Below are positions 27,926 to 40,068 of a stretch of 64,000 bases of DNA, one piece after another (the first letter of the stretch is position 1; each line of letters begins with the position of its first letter). Both the position numbers and the translations under genes were made by a program. The notes beneath the pieces are model-generated. The model did no database searches and was not told the origin of the DNA. It saw only the letters and a list, made by a program, of their open reading frames with translations. Source of the DNA: Rhizodiscina lignyota (taxonomy: Eukaryota). The stretch lies in contig ML978129.1 in NCBI GenBank assembly GCA_010015805.1, positions 1,302,001-1,366,000 on the forward strand. Direction: 5' to 3'.

Positions 27926-28867
27926 AGTATGAGCCCTTACCTAAGTCCACTGTGGCTGAGTGCATGCGCTGACATCGTTCGGAAAGTGGCGCAGCTTCCA
28001 CCCTTCACCGGCGACGACCAATATGGCACCCCGTTCCAGAGATACATGAACCATGACGAGGGGTTCTTAAGCCGTTATTACCGCCAGGTTGCCCCTCAGG
28101 CAAATACAAGTAGCGCCAATGAAGAAGACGTTGCCGAAACATCCTCAAGGAGAACTGGTCCGAAGAGCGTGACTTCTTCTAACCAGTTCCTCGAGTCAGA
28201 GGGGAGAGGAACGGCCAGTCATGCATCCGCCGCAAGGGATCCAGAGTACACACATGCACCGTATAACTGGATTGCAGATAATGAGAGCCTTGGTTCGGAT
28301 CCGCCTCCGCCCGGTCTAGCGGCGTCTCTGCGTTCTCTATCCTTGGATTCTGAACCAAACACGAGTCTTGCGCTACACCTGCCTCAAAATCTGGGATGGG
28401 ATGTTGCGGTCGAACACAATGGCACGACTCGGATACGGGATGAGGTCCCAGCCGATGCGAAATTACCGTGTCCCTTTTCGTTCTTGAAGTGCGATGATAG
28501 CTTCGACAATGCAGACAGCTGGGTGATACACTCGCTCTCTCATTTCAACTGCCAGCCGCCCCCGAAATGCGTCTCTTGTCCTTTAAGTTTCTGTCAGCAT
28601 CTTATCAACTGGAGAGATGACGATAGGAGTAAAGCTTGGAATAAGCTAATGGGGCATCTCCTGTTGCACCACCAACAAGGCCACAATTTGGCACAAACTT
28701 CAAAGGAAAGAAATCAACACCTCTTCAAGCGTCTGTTCGACGTGGGCGCCATAGGGCATGCAGAGTTACAGGATCTCAAATCCAGAGGTGAGCTGAATAC
28801 CAAGCCGCGACTCCAAAAGTCAAAGGAGAGCAAGAGACATTATGACAGATCAAGGAGAAGTAAGTGA
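27926..28867 (+). CDS. Uncharacterised protein with two degenerate C2H2-like zinc-binding motifs (paralog B)
   Basis: 312-aa ORF with CPFSFLKC..HSLSHF and CPLSFC..HLLLH, then LFKRLF..IGHAELQDL and a basic tail. Probable 5' intron 27927-27986 (GTATGA, GCTGAC, AAG). Confidence 0.75.
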   Translation, partial: SMSPYLSPLWLSACADIVRKVAQLPPFTGDDQYGTPFQRYMNHDEGFLSRYYRQVAPQANTSSANEEDVAETSSRRTGPKSVTSSNQFLESEGRGTASHASAARDPEYTHAPYNWIADNESLGSDPPPPGLAASLRSLSLDSEPNTSLALHLPQNLGWDVAVEHNGTTRIRDEVPADAKLPCPFSFLKCDDSFDNADSWVIHSLSHFNCQPPPKCVSCPLSFCQHLINWRDDDRSKAWNKLMGHLLLHHQQGHNLAQTSKERNQHLFKRLFDVGAIGHAELQDLKSRGELNTKPRLQKSKESKRHYDRSRRSK

Positions 28868-30407
28868 AGTGGCAGGCGGGAATCTACGGAAATGCGGGAC
28901 AGGGAAGGAAGAGATGTGTTATTCTATCACGAGTCTTGGGTTGAGGCGTCATGGTTTGGCCTAAAATGGCAAGATCATGGTATGATTCAAGGTGAAGACT
29001 CGTAATAGAGTGTGGCTATGGCAACAAAGTCTCCAATAGGCTCCAATGGAATCGGGAAGGAGTTAGGGCGTGCGTCTGAAACAAAAGATTGGTTTGGCTT
29101 TTCTCTGCTCTTTTTATATTCTTGGATTTCTTCTCTTATTCTACAATGGACGAGTTCTGCCTTCTTCCGTCGGACGGACGCTGTGCATGGATACGCGGCG
29201 AACTCGTGACGCGTTGACCCACATTATTGGAGGATAACGAAATTGTACGAAATCAATATGTATCCATCTACCAATTGTGGCTCGGGTCGTGTCCATCCTT
29301 GGTTGGGCAATATTTGAGGAGTTCGCCTCGTGTGCCAAAAGCCTTGTCTCGGCCCAAACGCCGCCTCACTTTAAGAGCGATCGACAGCATGGTCAAGACG
29401 ACAGAGTCTAAAAATTCAAGATTTATATTTATGGCCCAAGGTTGCTTTCAGACGCGCAAGAGTCATTTCTTAAGGGCGGCAAAGTACCTCACTCCCCTAA
29501 CACAACAGGCTGAAACGCATGACGACGAACAATGGAGGGCGAAGTCTCCGGTGTCACCATTTCCTTTTTCGGTTAGGAGATGAATGCATATTGAGCGTCG
29601 TGCATGCAGGTGTACATTAGAAGCTTCTGTCAGTTTCGACCACTGTAGCAATGCTCGAATCGAAATCATCTCACTTTGCACCGCGAAATGCCGACGTTCT
29701 CAGCTCAGACTTGACGTGCAGGTATTTTGAACTCTTGTTAAATATCAGATGCCAGTCGCAAAAATCTAGACCAGCCATGCAAAAATGCTCATATGATACA
29801 AAAAGAACCGCCCGGTCCGCCCCGTCCCAAAGGATTACACGCGCCAACACCGCCAGACGTACGTGATCCGCGTCTCGCCCGCCAGAGACCTGAATTATAT
29901 ATGCAAGGGACCCACAAACCATTTGCAGAAGGTAAAGAAAACCGTGATATCGACGCAGGTGGTAAGAATTCAGACAGCGAAAACAGCCTCAAGCCGGAAT
30001 TACCTAGAGAGTCCAGAAAGGTTAAAGACAAACAGCGCAAAGGATGAGTACCAAAAAGAAGAGAAGGGGGTCGCAGTAATCCCGAATATCCAGTCGTTGG
30101 TCTCCGCGAAATGTCCCACCAAGTTAGATTTCGCCCAACCTGTCCTAATTTTTGGGGGCGGCGCAGATAACGCAGCCGTAGTGACAAAGTGAGAAGAGTT
30201 TCGGGATTGGAAGATGATGATAATTCAAAAACGCCGCGCTGTTGTAAATCAAAATGACCACGGTCTCAGGCCTGACCGTGAGTACCCAACCATATGTAGA
30301 GAACTGGGAAGAGATGCATCATATCGGACTTCTCTTCAATCGACGTGCCGAAGGTGGATTGAGGCCCTGCTGCTCAGGATTTCGAACTCGGGTGGTGAAT
30401 GCCAACG

Positions 30408-32842
30408 CTAGCTCCCCTTGACTCTCTTATTTTGTCCAACTCTTGGACTTTGCTTCACCTTCCCCTGCACACCGTTCACCTCACCACCGCCCTCATCCTC
30501 AGTCTTGACAGCACTTGGACGCCTTCTCTTGTTTCCGGCAACATTTGGACTGGTGTTGACACTTGCACCAGAGCCTGTGCTTCCCTGCTGACTCATCTGC
30601 TGCACCATACTTGGTGCCTGCATGTGGGCCTGAGCGGGACTTGGCGTGTGAACATTCGAGCTGACACCAGGGTTCAGGTTCGCAGCGTTAAGGTTGATGT
30701 GCGGTGAGCCACCACCATTCACGCCAGGCATACCGCCCGGAAGGAACTGGTGTTGCATTGCTGGTGAGGCCATGAAACCTTGGGGCATGTTCATATTGGC
30801 ATTCTGTTGCATGCCCATCTGGCCGGGAGTACGGGCACCAGGAGGCATTCCAGCACCTTGCTGCATCATCTGTTGCATGCCATTGGGTGGGAGGTTAATG
30901 TGAGGTTGCTGTGGGGTCTGTTGCGGATTTTGTTGCATTTGCGCACTGTATTGATCAACAAGTGCTGACAGGGCATCTTTGGGCGCGACACCGGGATTCT
31001 CTTGAACATGGCGCATAATTTCCGTCATCATAGTGATGGTCTCGTTAATCTAAAGGGCATACCATTTAGCATGCCACCTTGCTGCTACTGAGACGTATTC
31101 CATACCTCGAAAAACGTTTGCACCGGTGCGATCACTCCAAGGGCGCCAACAGGTGCCTCTGGAATCTCCGCTAATGTGGTAACAGCTTCTCCCTGTCGTG
31201 GCTGATTTCGCTGGTTGGCAGCAGCTTTTTTGGTCATTCTGGGAGATTTTGTGGCGTTGACGGTGGATCGGGAGAAAACTAGTTCGATTTCGCTTCGAGA
31301 GACATATTGCTCGTACTCCTGGGTCTCGTAATGAAGCGTCGTGATTTTGTCCTCAGAAAAAATGGCCCATATCTTCCCGGAACACACCAACTACGAAAGT
31401 GAGTAAATGCACAAAATATTTGAAGGAAAATATTCACCTGTGTCCCGTTCTTGAACCAATAAATGAACTTCGCGCGAGCTGCTTCCACGATGTGGAACAT
31501 AATGCCTTGTGGACTCTGCGTCATTCTTTCGGATGGTTGCTCAATCAGGATTTGTATCTGATCAACTCCCTCATAATGGATGTGGAAATACCGCGGCAGC
31601 GATGGGTAGAGGACTTCGAATTGTTTCGAGTGACTTGACTTGAGGTCCTTTACAACGTGTCGTAAAGAGCTGTCGGTGGCAAAGAACCGTTCCACAAATT
31701 CTCTCCAAGGTTGTTCGTCTCTGCTGGTCTGCTCGCTCGCCTAAAAATCGTTAGTGTCTGGGCAGATGAAGGCATAGGAATTGACAGACCTTGTAACGAC
31801 TTATGTGATCAGCAAATTGGTACAGACGCAGAGTTGAAGCACCACTCATACGATTCGCCTGCTGCTGTTGCTGCTGAACAGCTTGCTGCATCTGTCGTTG
31901 CATCATTTGATGTTGTTGCTGGTTGAATCCTTGCTGCATCCGTTGCATAACCGCTTTCGGGACTCCTTGCTGGTTCTGCTGGGGTTGTTGGCCCTGCTGG
32001 GCGGCTTGAGGTTGGCCTACTGGCTGCTGTGGAGCTTGTTGTGGCGTCTGCTGAGGCTGTGAAGTGTTCTGCTGGGGGTTAGGCGGTTGCGCGGGAGAGC
32101 TGTGAGCTTCTGGTGCCGCACTTGTCTGCGGCTGAGGTCTCATCTGGGGTTGCTGGGGATGTTGCGCTTGTTGGGCATGTGGAGTGCCTTGGCCCTGGTT
32201 ACTTGACTGAGACGTCGCGTGCTGCATGGCCAGATGCTGGGAATTAGCCAACGCCTGCTGCTGGGCTTGCTGTTGCGCTTGCTGTGCCTGTTGCGCTTGC
32301 TGTTGTCGCATCATGTTATGCTGCTGCTGCAGTAATTGCTGCTGATGCGAAAGATGGCCAGGAAGTTGGACGCCCATCTGGGGGTTCTGGGCTTGCATCT
32401 GAGCAAACTGTGCTGCGTTAAATGGTGGGTTCCCGCCTCCACCAAAAGCCATGCCCATGTTGCCTTGTTGCGGTGCTCCTGGCATCATGTGCTGTTGCTG
32501 CGCTCGCTGTTGCTGGAGTAAATGGTGCTGTCTCGCTTGGTGTTGCCAGGCGGCCATTGCCTGCGGATTATTTGCGAGACTCTGCGGGATCTGTTGGTGA
32601 AACATTTGCGGTTGAGGCGTCAAATGTTGTAATGCCTGCGCCTGAGGACCTCCACCTTGCATTCCAGGCTGCATCCCCATCATCGGGCCAGCCTGAGAGA
32701 CATGTGGCGCGCCGGGTCCTGAAGCTCCGGGGTGCATTTGCATATGGCCCATGGCCTGTCCTGGGTTGGGGCCGTGGCCAGGCATTTGCCCTCCATAGGG
32801 CATGGCACCGTGAGCCATGCCTGGATTATGCGCCGCCATCAT
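30408..32842 (-). CDS. ptaB: LIM-domain-binding (LDB/SEUSS-type) transcriptional co-regulator, PtaB/Mfg1-like, about 760 aa
   Basis: Exons 32842-31790, 31740-31438, 31390-31106, 31049-30408. Q/M/P-rich termini around LRLYQFADHIS..WREFVERFF..KQFEVLYPSLPRYF..FFEINETITMMTEIM..PKDAL; C-terminal SPNVAGNKRRRPSAVKTE. Confidence 0.88.
31858..32350 (-). repeat. Glutamine-rich low-complexity coding repeat (CAG/CAA)
   Basis: Runs of tgc/tgt on the + strand encode QQQAQQAQQAQQQAQQQ and similar tracts within ptaB. Confidence 0.8.
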
Positions 32843-34822
32843 CTTTCTCGCCGGACCGAACGTAGCCCTCAGTGGCTACTGATTGCGGTCGGCGCTCGTG
32901 CTCCAGATTCTCCCCCTACCAGACCGACAGTCGACAGTGCGTGTCCCACTCAACCAGAATATGCGCCCTCCTAGAGCGGAAGCACTAGATATCGCTGTTG
33001 AGAGGAGGCGGGATATGAAGTGGCGTGAATTTCTGATACGCTCTCGAAGCTCCGCGGCTCGGAAAGGAACGCTTCTAAGCGATCACCCAACGCGATGGGC
33101 AATCGTATTTCAAGCTGCCGTAAGAAATGTAAGTTCCACGAGCAGTGTAACGGGTATGGACCGTTGAAACGGCGCGAGGTGAATGTTTGCACAGATCGGT
33201 CGGCCGCTGCTCGTACGATGAGACCGGGGGGTCAGATAGCGTGGTATATCGAGAACACCCGCTGCTGTCAATCACAACAGTTGCCAGATAACGTATGAGA
33301 GTTTTCTTGTGGCGTTTGCGCCCGTGGTGTGCCAAATTGTCATCCAACCCATTCGGTATCGCGAAGTGTCAGAAGTAAAGGCGGAGGCTGGGTGGGAGGT
33401 GGTGGTCGACTTGCGCGAACGGCTATGAGCGCGAGGAGGATATGCGATTCATCGTAGGAGACTCGAGGATGAGGAAGGAAGAAGTGACTTCGCGATCGGC
33501 CGGGTAAGGAGACTGCTCTGAGGTCGACGGCGTTGAGAGAGTTCCCTGAGGTCTAGGTCCCAGTTGCGCGGCGGCGGGAATAAGTTATTCCGCCACGTAA
33601 ATCCGCCGGCGGCGCCCAGCCATCAAATCCTCCCAACTCAGCCTTTTCCCTGACGCTAAATCTATCCACCGCAATGTACGATTCTTCACCACGTCTCTTG
33701 CAAACTTCGCCTTGCTCTGGCGGAAGTCTGCCTGTCGTATCTGGATGGATCTCATAGGTGTGGTACGCGCCTCGGTGCTATCGTGCTTGTGGAAGAGTGT
33801 CCTGAGGTGAGCCTGACATTTTCATCCCCTCCCTGAACCCGTTTCGAACATCCTTTTGGATGATGACAATCTACAAATGTCTTCTTTTCCCAGCTGAGTC
33901 GACCTTGAAGAAACCAGTCTTTCGGGCTGCCATTATTTGGCGGCCTGCTACTTGCCAGTACACGTTGTCTGACACTCATTCGTCACCTTTACCCTCCTCA
34001 TATCGCCACTCTTTGGTCATAAGGCTGACAAGAAACTTAGAACTTAGTGACTCTAATCGATGAATGATCATTCCCATACCTAATTGTCGCCCGCCCTATC
34101 AGACTATGATTCGGAATCTAGCTTCATCCGGATTATCTCGTCGTTGTACTTTATTAAGTGACCTGCCTCAGGAAGAATTAAAGCAAAAGAGATGGGGTTT
34201 ATTATATTGATTGGCACGGTCATGTTTTGACTTGAGTTTGCAGTAACGCACATTTCATTCGGCATGCCTCTGTTTTGCGGAGAGCTGGTGGTAGTGCACC
34301 GAGCGTTATGGTTCTTCGGTGGATTGTTCTGTACCTGCGCTATTCTCACCCGAGGGTCTTTGTTGAGTAGTGCTGTAGCATTTATTGAGGTGTCTATCGT
34401 AAAAGAAATACCAGATATTAGAAGATGAATCGACTCAATCCAAAAGCTCGTGTGGGAAGCACACTCGTCATGCCATCCACCCTCAGGGCTCTAGCAAATG
34501 CCAACTTGGCTCATCAAGATAATTTTGATGCACTGAAGTGGCAATATTCTCAGTCCTTATCATTCCCTGCACTTCTCCGCGGCTCAGGTGAGCTAGGAAG
34601 TGCACTCGATGAATGCATGGCTGGTCTTGGCATTTGGAGCTCTAAGCCAACCGTAGCACAAAGCTGCATCACAGCTTCATCCCGCCCACCATCCTACCCA
34701 CCTCCATCCGCATCCTCCAACCGCCCTTCAAAGAGCTCTTCTTCTGAGCTCGCCCCTCTCGAAATCTTCAGACAGAGCTTCTACACTTCGAAGAGAGGCT
34801 CTTCCCTTCACCCACCCGCAAA

Positions 34823-36703
34823 ATGGCGCCCGACCCTCGTATGATGACCGTGCAGCCTAGGATAAGGTACAATACAATCGGAGGAGTCAATGGGCCATTG
34901 GTCATTCTTGAGAATGTCGGTCAAGCCGCATGGAGCCTCCGAAGCTTGTAGAAGCTAATAGACGATCGATACAGGTCAAATTCCCGAGATTCAACGAGAT
35001 TGTGTCCTTGACGTTGCCTGATGGCACTGAGAGGTCTGGTCAGGTGCTCGAAGCAAGAGGTAGTCCCCTCAGAATGATAATATAGTTATAAGTACTGACT
35101 ACTTCTGTAGGCAATCGTGCCGTCGTCCAGGTAAAGCTTTAGCGATCCTTTGCGAAGGTCAAGTTTAACAATCGGGCAGGTCTTCGAAGGCACCTCAGGC
35201 ATTGACGTCAAGAAGGTAAAATGTTCTACGAGGAGAGTCATTTGACAGTAGACTAACATCAAGCAGACGAAAGTAGAGTTTACCGGACACAACCTGAAGC
35301 TCGGTGTCTCAGAAGACATGCTGGGTCGCATATTCGATGGATCGGGTCGTGCCATTGACAAAGGCCCAAAGGTGCTTGCGGAAGATTACCTCGACATCAA
35401 CGGCAGCCCCATCAACCCATATTCGCGAGTCTACCCGGAAGAAATGATATCTACAGGTATCTCGGCCATTGACACGATGAACTCGATCGCCCGTGGTCAG
35501 AAAATCCCCATCTTCTCTGCTGCCGGTCTCCCACACAACGAAATTGCAGCGCAGATTTGTAGACAGGCAGGTCTGGTTGGGAAACCTACAAAAGACGTTC
35601 ATGATGGACACGAGGAGAACTTTAGCATTGTCTTCGGTGCTATGGGTGTGAACTTGGAGACGAGCAGGTTCTTCACCAGAGATTTCGAAGAGAACGGAAG
35701 CATGGAGCGCGTCACACTCTTCTTGAACTTGGCGAACGACCCTACGTAGGTGTGACCTCTGTGTGGCTCGAGATAGAGATGCTAACGGTTATTTCAGCAT
35801 CGAACGTATCATTACCCCTCGTCTCGCCCTCACGACTGCCGAATACTACGCATACCAACTAGAGAAGCACGTCCTCGTCATCTTGACCGACCTTTCGTCA
35901 TATTGTGATGCGCTGCGAGAAGTCTCCGCTGCCAGAGAAGAAGTGCCTGGTCGTCGTGGCTACCCGGGTTACATGTACACGGATTTGTCCACAATCTATG
36001 AGCGAGCAGGACGTGTTGAAGGGCGCAACGGCTCCATCACGCAAATTCCTATTCTCACTATGCCTAACGACGATATCACGCATCCTATTCCAGATCTCAC
36101 GGGCTACATCACAGAGGGCCAAATATTCGTTGACCGTCAACTGCACAACAAGGGTGTCTACCCGCCCATCAACGTCTTGCCATCTCTGTCGCGTCTCATG
36201 AAATCTGCTATTGGTGAAGGACGAACGAGGAAGGATCACGGTGATGTGTCAAATCAACTCTACGCCAAGTATGCCATTGGTCGTGATGCAGGTACGTTGT
36301 ATTATCTATTCTTCGTGTTGAAACAACATGTCTGACTTGTTCATTAGCCGCAATGAAAGCTGTCGTTGGTGAGGAAGCTCTTAGCTCCGAAGACAAGCTT
36401 TCCTTGGAGTTCCTCGACAAGTTCGAGCGCACTTTCATCACACAATCCGCATATGAGAGCCGATCCATCTTCGAATCGCTTGACCTCGCTTGGTCCTTGC
36501 TGAGAATCTACCCGAAGGAGTTGCTCAACCGTATCCCCGCCAAAATCCTTGACCAGTACTACGCGAGAGGTGGTGATCGTGAAAAGAAGATGGCATTCAG
36601 GCAGGCAAGGGGTGAGCAGCAGACGAACGGTGAGGTTGATGGTGAGACGTCTAGCAAAGACAAGAAGCAGGCTGATGGGGAGGGCAACCTGGTGGATGTT
36701 TGA
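34823..36703 (+). CDS. VMA2: V-type proton ATPase subunit B, about 520 aa
   Basis: Exons 34823-34915, 34975-35059, 35111-35130, 35180-35215, 35267-35745, 35798-36291, 36348-36703. Motifs [64 protein letters not shown] and [14 protein letters not shown]. Confidence 0.98.
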
Positions 36704-37385
36704 ACAGTGACATGATTACTCCGTGCTTATTGTCTAGCGGTTTGGAGGTACTCGAAATGCTTCACTTGCTGGGGATGAAAGCCTTCTTTTTTCGTGGATC
36801 TGCTGCTTCGTTGAGTCGCTTTAGCCTTGGGAAGACGCTATGTACATAGATCTGCTGCAAATTGGAATTAACCCACTTCCCACTACCTGATACTTATTCG
36901 AAGCGCCGACATTTTCCTGAAACGCCATGAATCCGACTCGGTCAGAGACAGAAAAGGTCAGAAGACGTAACAGCAGCGAGAATCAGTCGGGACGAAAAGC
37001 CTGTGATACAGTACTGCTTGTGCTGTATCCGAATGGACAACAAGCCTTGCGTTCCGTCCGTTCCATACCGCATTACCCGCATCCGTGAACTGTACCCAAT
37101 CGCATTTCGATGAGTCAAATTCAACTGATACCTGAACAGGACGTGCACGAAAAAGCATGTATGGGGCCCCAGGAAAAAGCCACAACGCGAAGGATGGAAA
37201 CCTCCCGCCGATCTAGGGGGCGTGCCGCGCTTCCGTCCTCCAAACGAGAGTTTAACGAACTCAAGAAGGCTTGGGGCAGCCTTAAACGTCTCATTTAAAT
37301 CCATGTCTTCAGCGCGCTCCCATGTACCAGGTTCGCGAAGTGGGAGCAGATCACAGAAGTCGAGGGAAAAAGCTACAAAGGTACA

Positions 37386-38846
37386 ATGGCAGAGATCGCA
37401 GAGAAGCAAGAACCGCCATCGCCAAACACGACGACATCTCCGCGAACAATTGCGGCTCTAGATTGGGAGAATGACCCCAGAAATGCTCGGAACTGGCCAA
37501 CGACGAGGAAAATAGGGGCGGCTCTTATCGTCTCAGCAATTGGATTCGTCTCGACGTTCGCTGCATCCATCTATGCCTCCGGCCATGAAGATGTCGCTGC
37601 AGAATTCCACATCTCCTCTACGCTTGCCCTCCTTCCTCTGTCCTTCTACAACCTGGGAATGGCATTCGGCCCCATGATTGCCTCGCCAATGAGCGAGACA
37701 TTCGGTCGCAAGGCGGTCTACCTCACCACCACGCCTCTCTTCGCGCTCTTCATCCTAGGCTCGGGTTTCTCCCAGAATTTGGCATCGCTCATAATCTGCA
37801 GATTCTTTGCGGGGCTGTTTGGCGCGCCTGGCGTTAGTATCGCGAGCGCGACCATTGCGGATACGACGCCTCCACACAAGAGAGGACAACCGCTTGCGGC
37901 GTACTACAGCATCCCGTACATTGGATCGCTATTTGGACCGCTCATTGGCAACTTCGTGGTCAGCGGCAAGGGTTGGAGATGGACTCAGTGGACTGTGCTG
38001 TTCTTCGCCGTCTCCATCTTCCCACTTTTAGCATTCGTTCGAGAATCGTACCGGAAGACCATCGTGCAGCGCATCGCTCAGGAGGAGAACCTCGAAATAC
38101 CACAGACGACGCGAAGCCCCTCAAAGATTATAAGAAATTTCCTCACCACGACTGTTACGCGCCCTGTGCATATGCTCATCACGGAACCGATCGTCAGCTT
38201 TGTCTGTCTGTATTGTGCCTTCCAGTTTGCGCTCCTGTACACCTTCGTCATCGCAGCCCCATACGTTTTCGGTACTGTTTACGGCTTCTCATTGAACCAG
38301 CAGGGTCTCTCTTTCTTGGGATTTATTGTGGGAGGTCTTTTTGCGCCGCTGACCATCGTGCTCTTCGACCGCTTCAAGTACCAGAAGAAATACAGGGAGT
38401 TCGTGGAGACATACGGACCGGGCATGCGCGAGGTTCCACCAGAGCCGCGACTCTATCCTTCAATGGTGGGCTCGATAATCCTCCCTACTGGCCTCTTCCT
38501 ATTTGCTTGGACAGCGCGGCCCTCGATCCATTGGATATGTCCCCTAGTCGCATGTGGCATTACTATGTGTGGCAGCATCCTCGCGTACGTCGGCGCGAAC
38601 ATGTATATGGTCGACACGTATGGACCCCTTTACGGAGCATCAGCAGCTGGCGCAAATTCTCTAGCGCGCTACACACTGTCGGCCGCCTTCCCTCTCTTCA
38701 CATTGCAAATGTACAGGACGCTCGGCGTAGACTGGGCGACCAGTCTGCTAGGCTTCTGCACAGTTGCCATGGCGCCGATTCCATGGGTCTTTCACAAATG
38801 GGGACCAAAGCTGCGAGCGAGGAGCAAGTACGAAAGAGAGATGTAA
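37386..38846 (+). CDS. MFS transporter, DHA1 (drug:H+ antiporter) family, intronless, 486 aa
   Basis: DWENDPRNARNW, motif A-like PMSETFGRK, CRFFAGLFGAP, WRWTQW, RPVHMLITEPIV, PPEPRL and YGASAAGAN; about 12 hydrophobic segments. Confidence 0.93.
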   Translation: MAEIAEKQEPPSPNTTTSPRTIAALDWENDPRNARNWPTTRKIGAALIVSAIGFVSTFAASIYASGHEDVAAEFHISSTLALLPLSFYNLGMAFGPMIASPMSETFGRKAVYLTTTPLFALFILGSGFSQNLASLIICRFFAGLFGAPGVSIASATIADTTPPHKRGQPLAAYYSIPYIGSLFGPLIGNFVVSGKGWRWTQWTVLFFAVSIFPLLAFVRESYRKTIVQRIAQEENLEIPQTTRSPSKIIRNFLTTTVTRPVHMLITEPIVSFVCLYCAFQFALLYTFVIAAPYVFGTVYGFSLNQQGLSFLGFIVGGLFAPLTIVLFDRFKYQKKYREFVETYGPGMREVPPEPRLYPSMVGSIILPTGLFLFAWTARPSIHWICPLVACGITMCGSILAYVGANMYMVDTYGPLYGASAAGANSLARYTLSAAFPLFTLQMYRTLGVDWATSLLGFCTVAMAPIPWVFHKWGPKLRARSKYEREM

Positions 38847-38858
38847 CCCGTCGTTGGA

Positions 38859-40068
38859 CTATATCTTAAATTTAGTTCCGACAGTACTGGGCGCCAGCCG
38901 GCCTGGCATCTCCTTGTTAATCTCATACTTCACCTTCCATCCGGAACAATGCCCCGGCAACAGAAGCTTCGGGTCCATCTTCTTCAAGTCTGCCACTGTC
39001 TCGGTAATCGTCGAATCCTCGCACTGCACGAGGTGATATCCACCCATCACGGAAAACAGCGGCACACCATTACCCAGGTCGACCGCATTCTTGGTCACAT
39101 TAACGACACCGGCATGGCTGCATCCGCTGAACACCACCAGCCCTTTGCCTTTGACGTTGCACATGACGAACCGCTCGTCCGCAATCTTCTCGTCAGGCTC
39201 CCACATTCCCGTCTCCTTGGAGAATCTGGCGCCGCGTGGGACGCCGACTTCGTACGGTGTGACGCGGGGAATTTCGCCGGAAATCAGGAACATGTCGTCC
39301 AAGACCGTGTGCGTTTCCGCGTGCTTGGAGACAGTGGCACCTGCAGCGCTGATCTCCTCGAAGGAGGGATCGGCTTCGAGCGAAATAGGCCCCATAGGCG
39401 TCATGAAACCGCGGTAGTCCGGCCTGGCAGGATGGAGATCTGCGACCAGTGTCTGCGGGGCGGATGGCGAGGCCTTTTTAGCGGCGTTGATGAGAGGAAT
39501 GGCACGCAGCATACCACCTTGGATAGACTGTCAATCGACTGTACAATTGAAGATGTGTATATACCCAAATATAAAATGAAAATATGATGCTTGAAGACAT
39601 ACCGGAGTGATCCTTATGCCAGTGAGACAAATGAATCGTTTCTATCTTGGCGAGATCCGCTCGCAGTCTCTTCGCATTCATGTCCCAAATCTGCTCCTCA
39701 GGGCCCGTATCGAATAGCATCGTATGCTTCGTATCGCCTTTCGTGGCAGTCTATCCAAATCGTCAGCCTTCCGTCCACCATCCAACCCTAACCCTAAATC
39801 ACCAATCCACAGTGCGGTTCAATCCACGTGAACAATTGAAACTCACAATCATCAAACTCAATCCATGTGCGCCACAGCACAAGCTGTCCAACCTCAGCTC
39901 TTTCACCGCATTCGCTCTTCCCGGCGCGGGATGTGTGGAGCCTATCGCGACGTCGACGAAGCGCCCGCCAACTTCGATGCCCTCGTTCGTGTACGAGGAC
40001 ATCGGATCCACTTCATTATCCACGACGACCTCGATCTCGAGGGAGTCGATTTCAGCGAGGTGTGCCAT
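38859..40068 (-). CDS. Metallo-beta-lactamase-fold hydrolase (DHPS-like MBL subfamily), about 342 aa
   Basis: Exons 40068-39847, 39750-39603, 39517-38859. Motifs VVVDNEVD, CCGAHGLSLMI, LFDTGPE, HxHxDH (SHWHKDHSGG), GCSHAGVVN, MGGYHL and PGHCSG. Confidence 0.9.

Noticed and set aside
37973..38869. 298-aa alternative-frame ORF inside the MFS gene
   Set aside because: GC-rich out-of-frame shadow with no recognisable domain.
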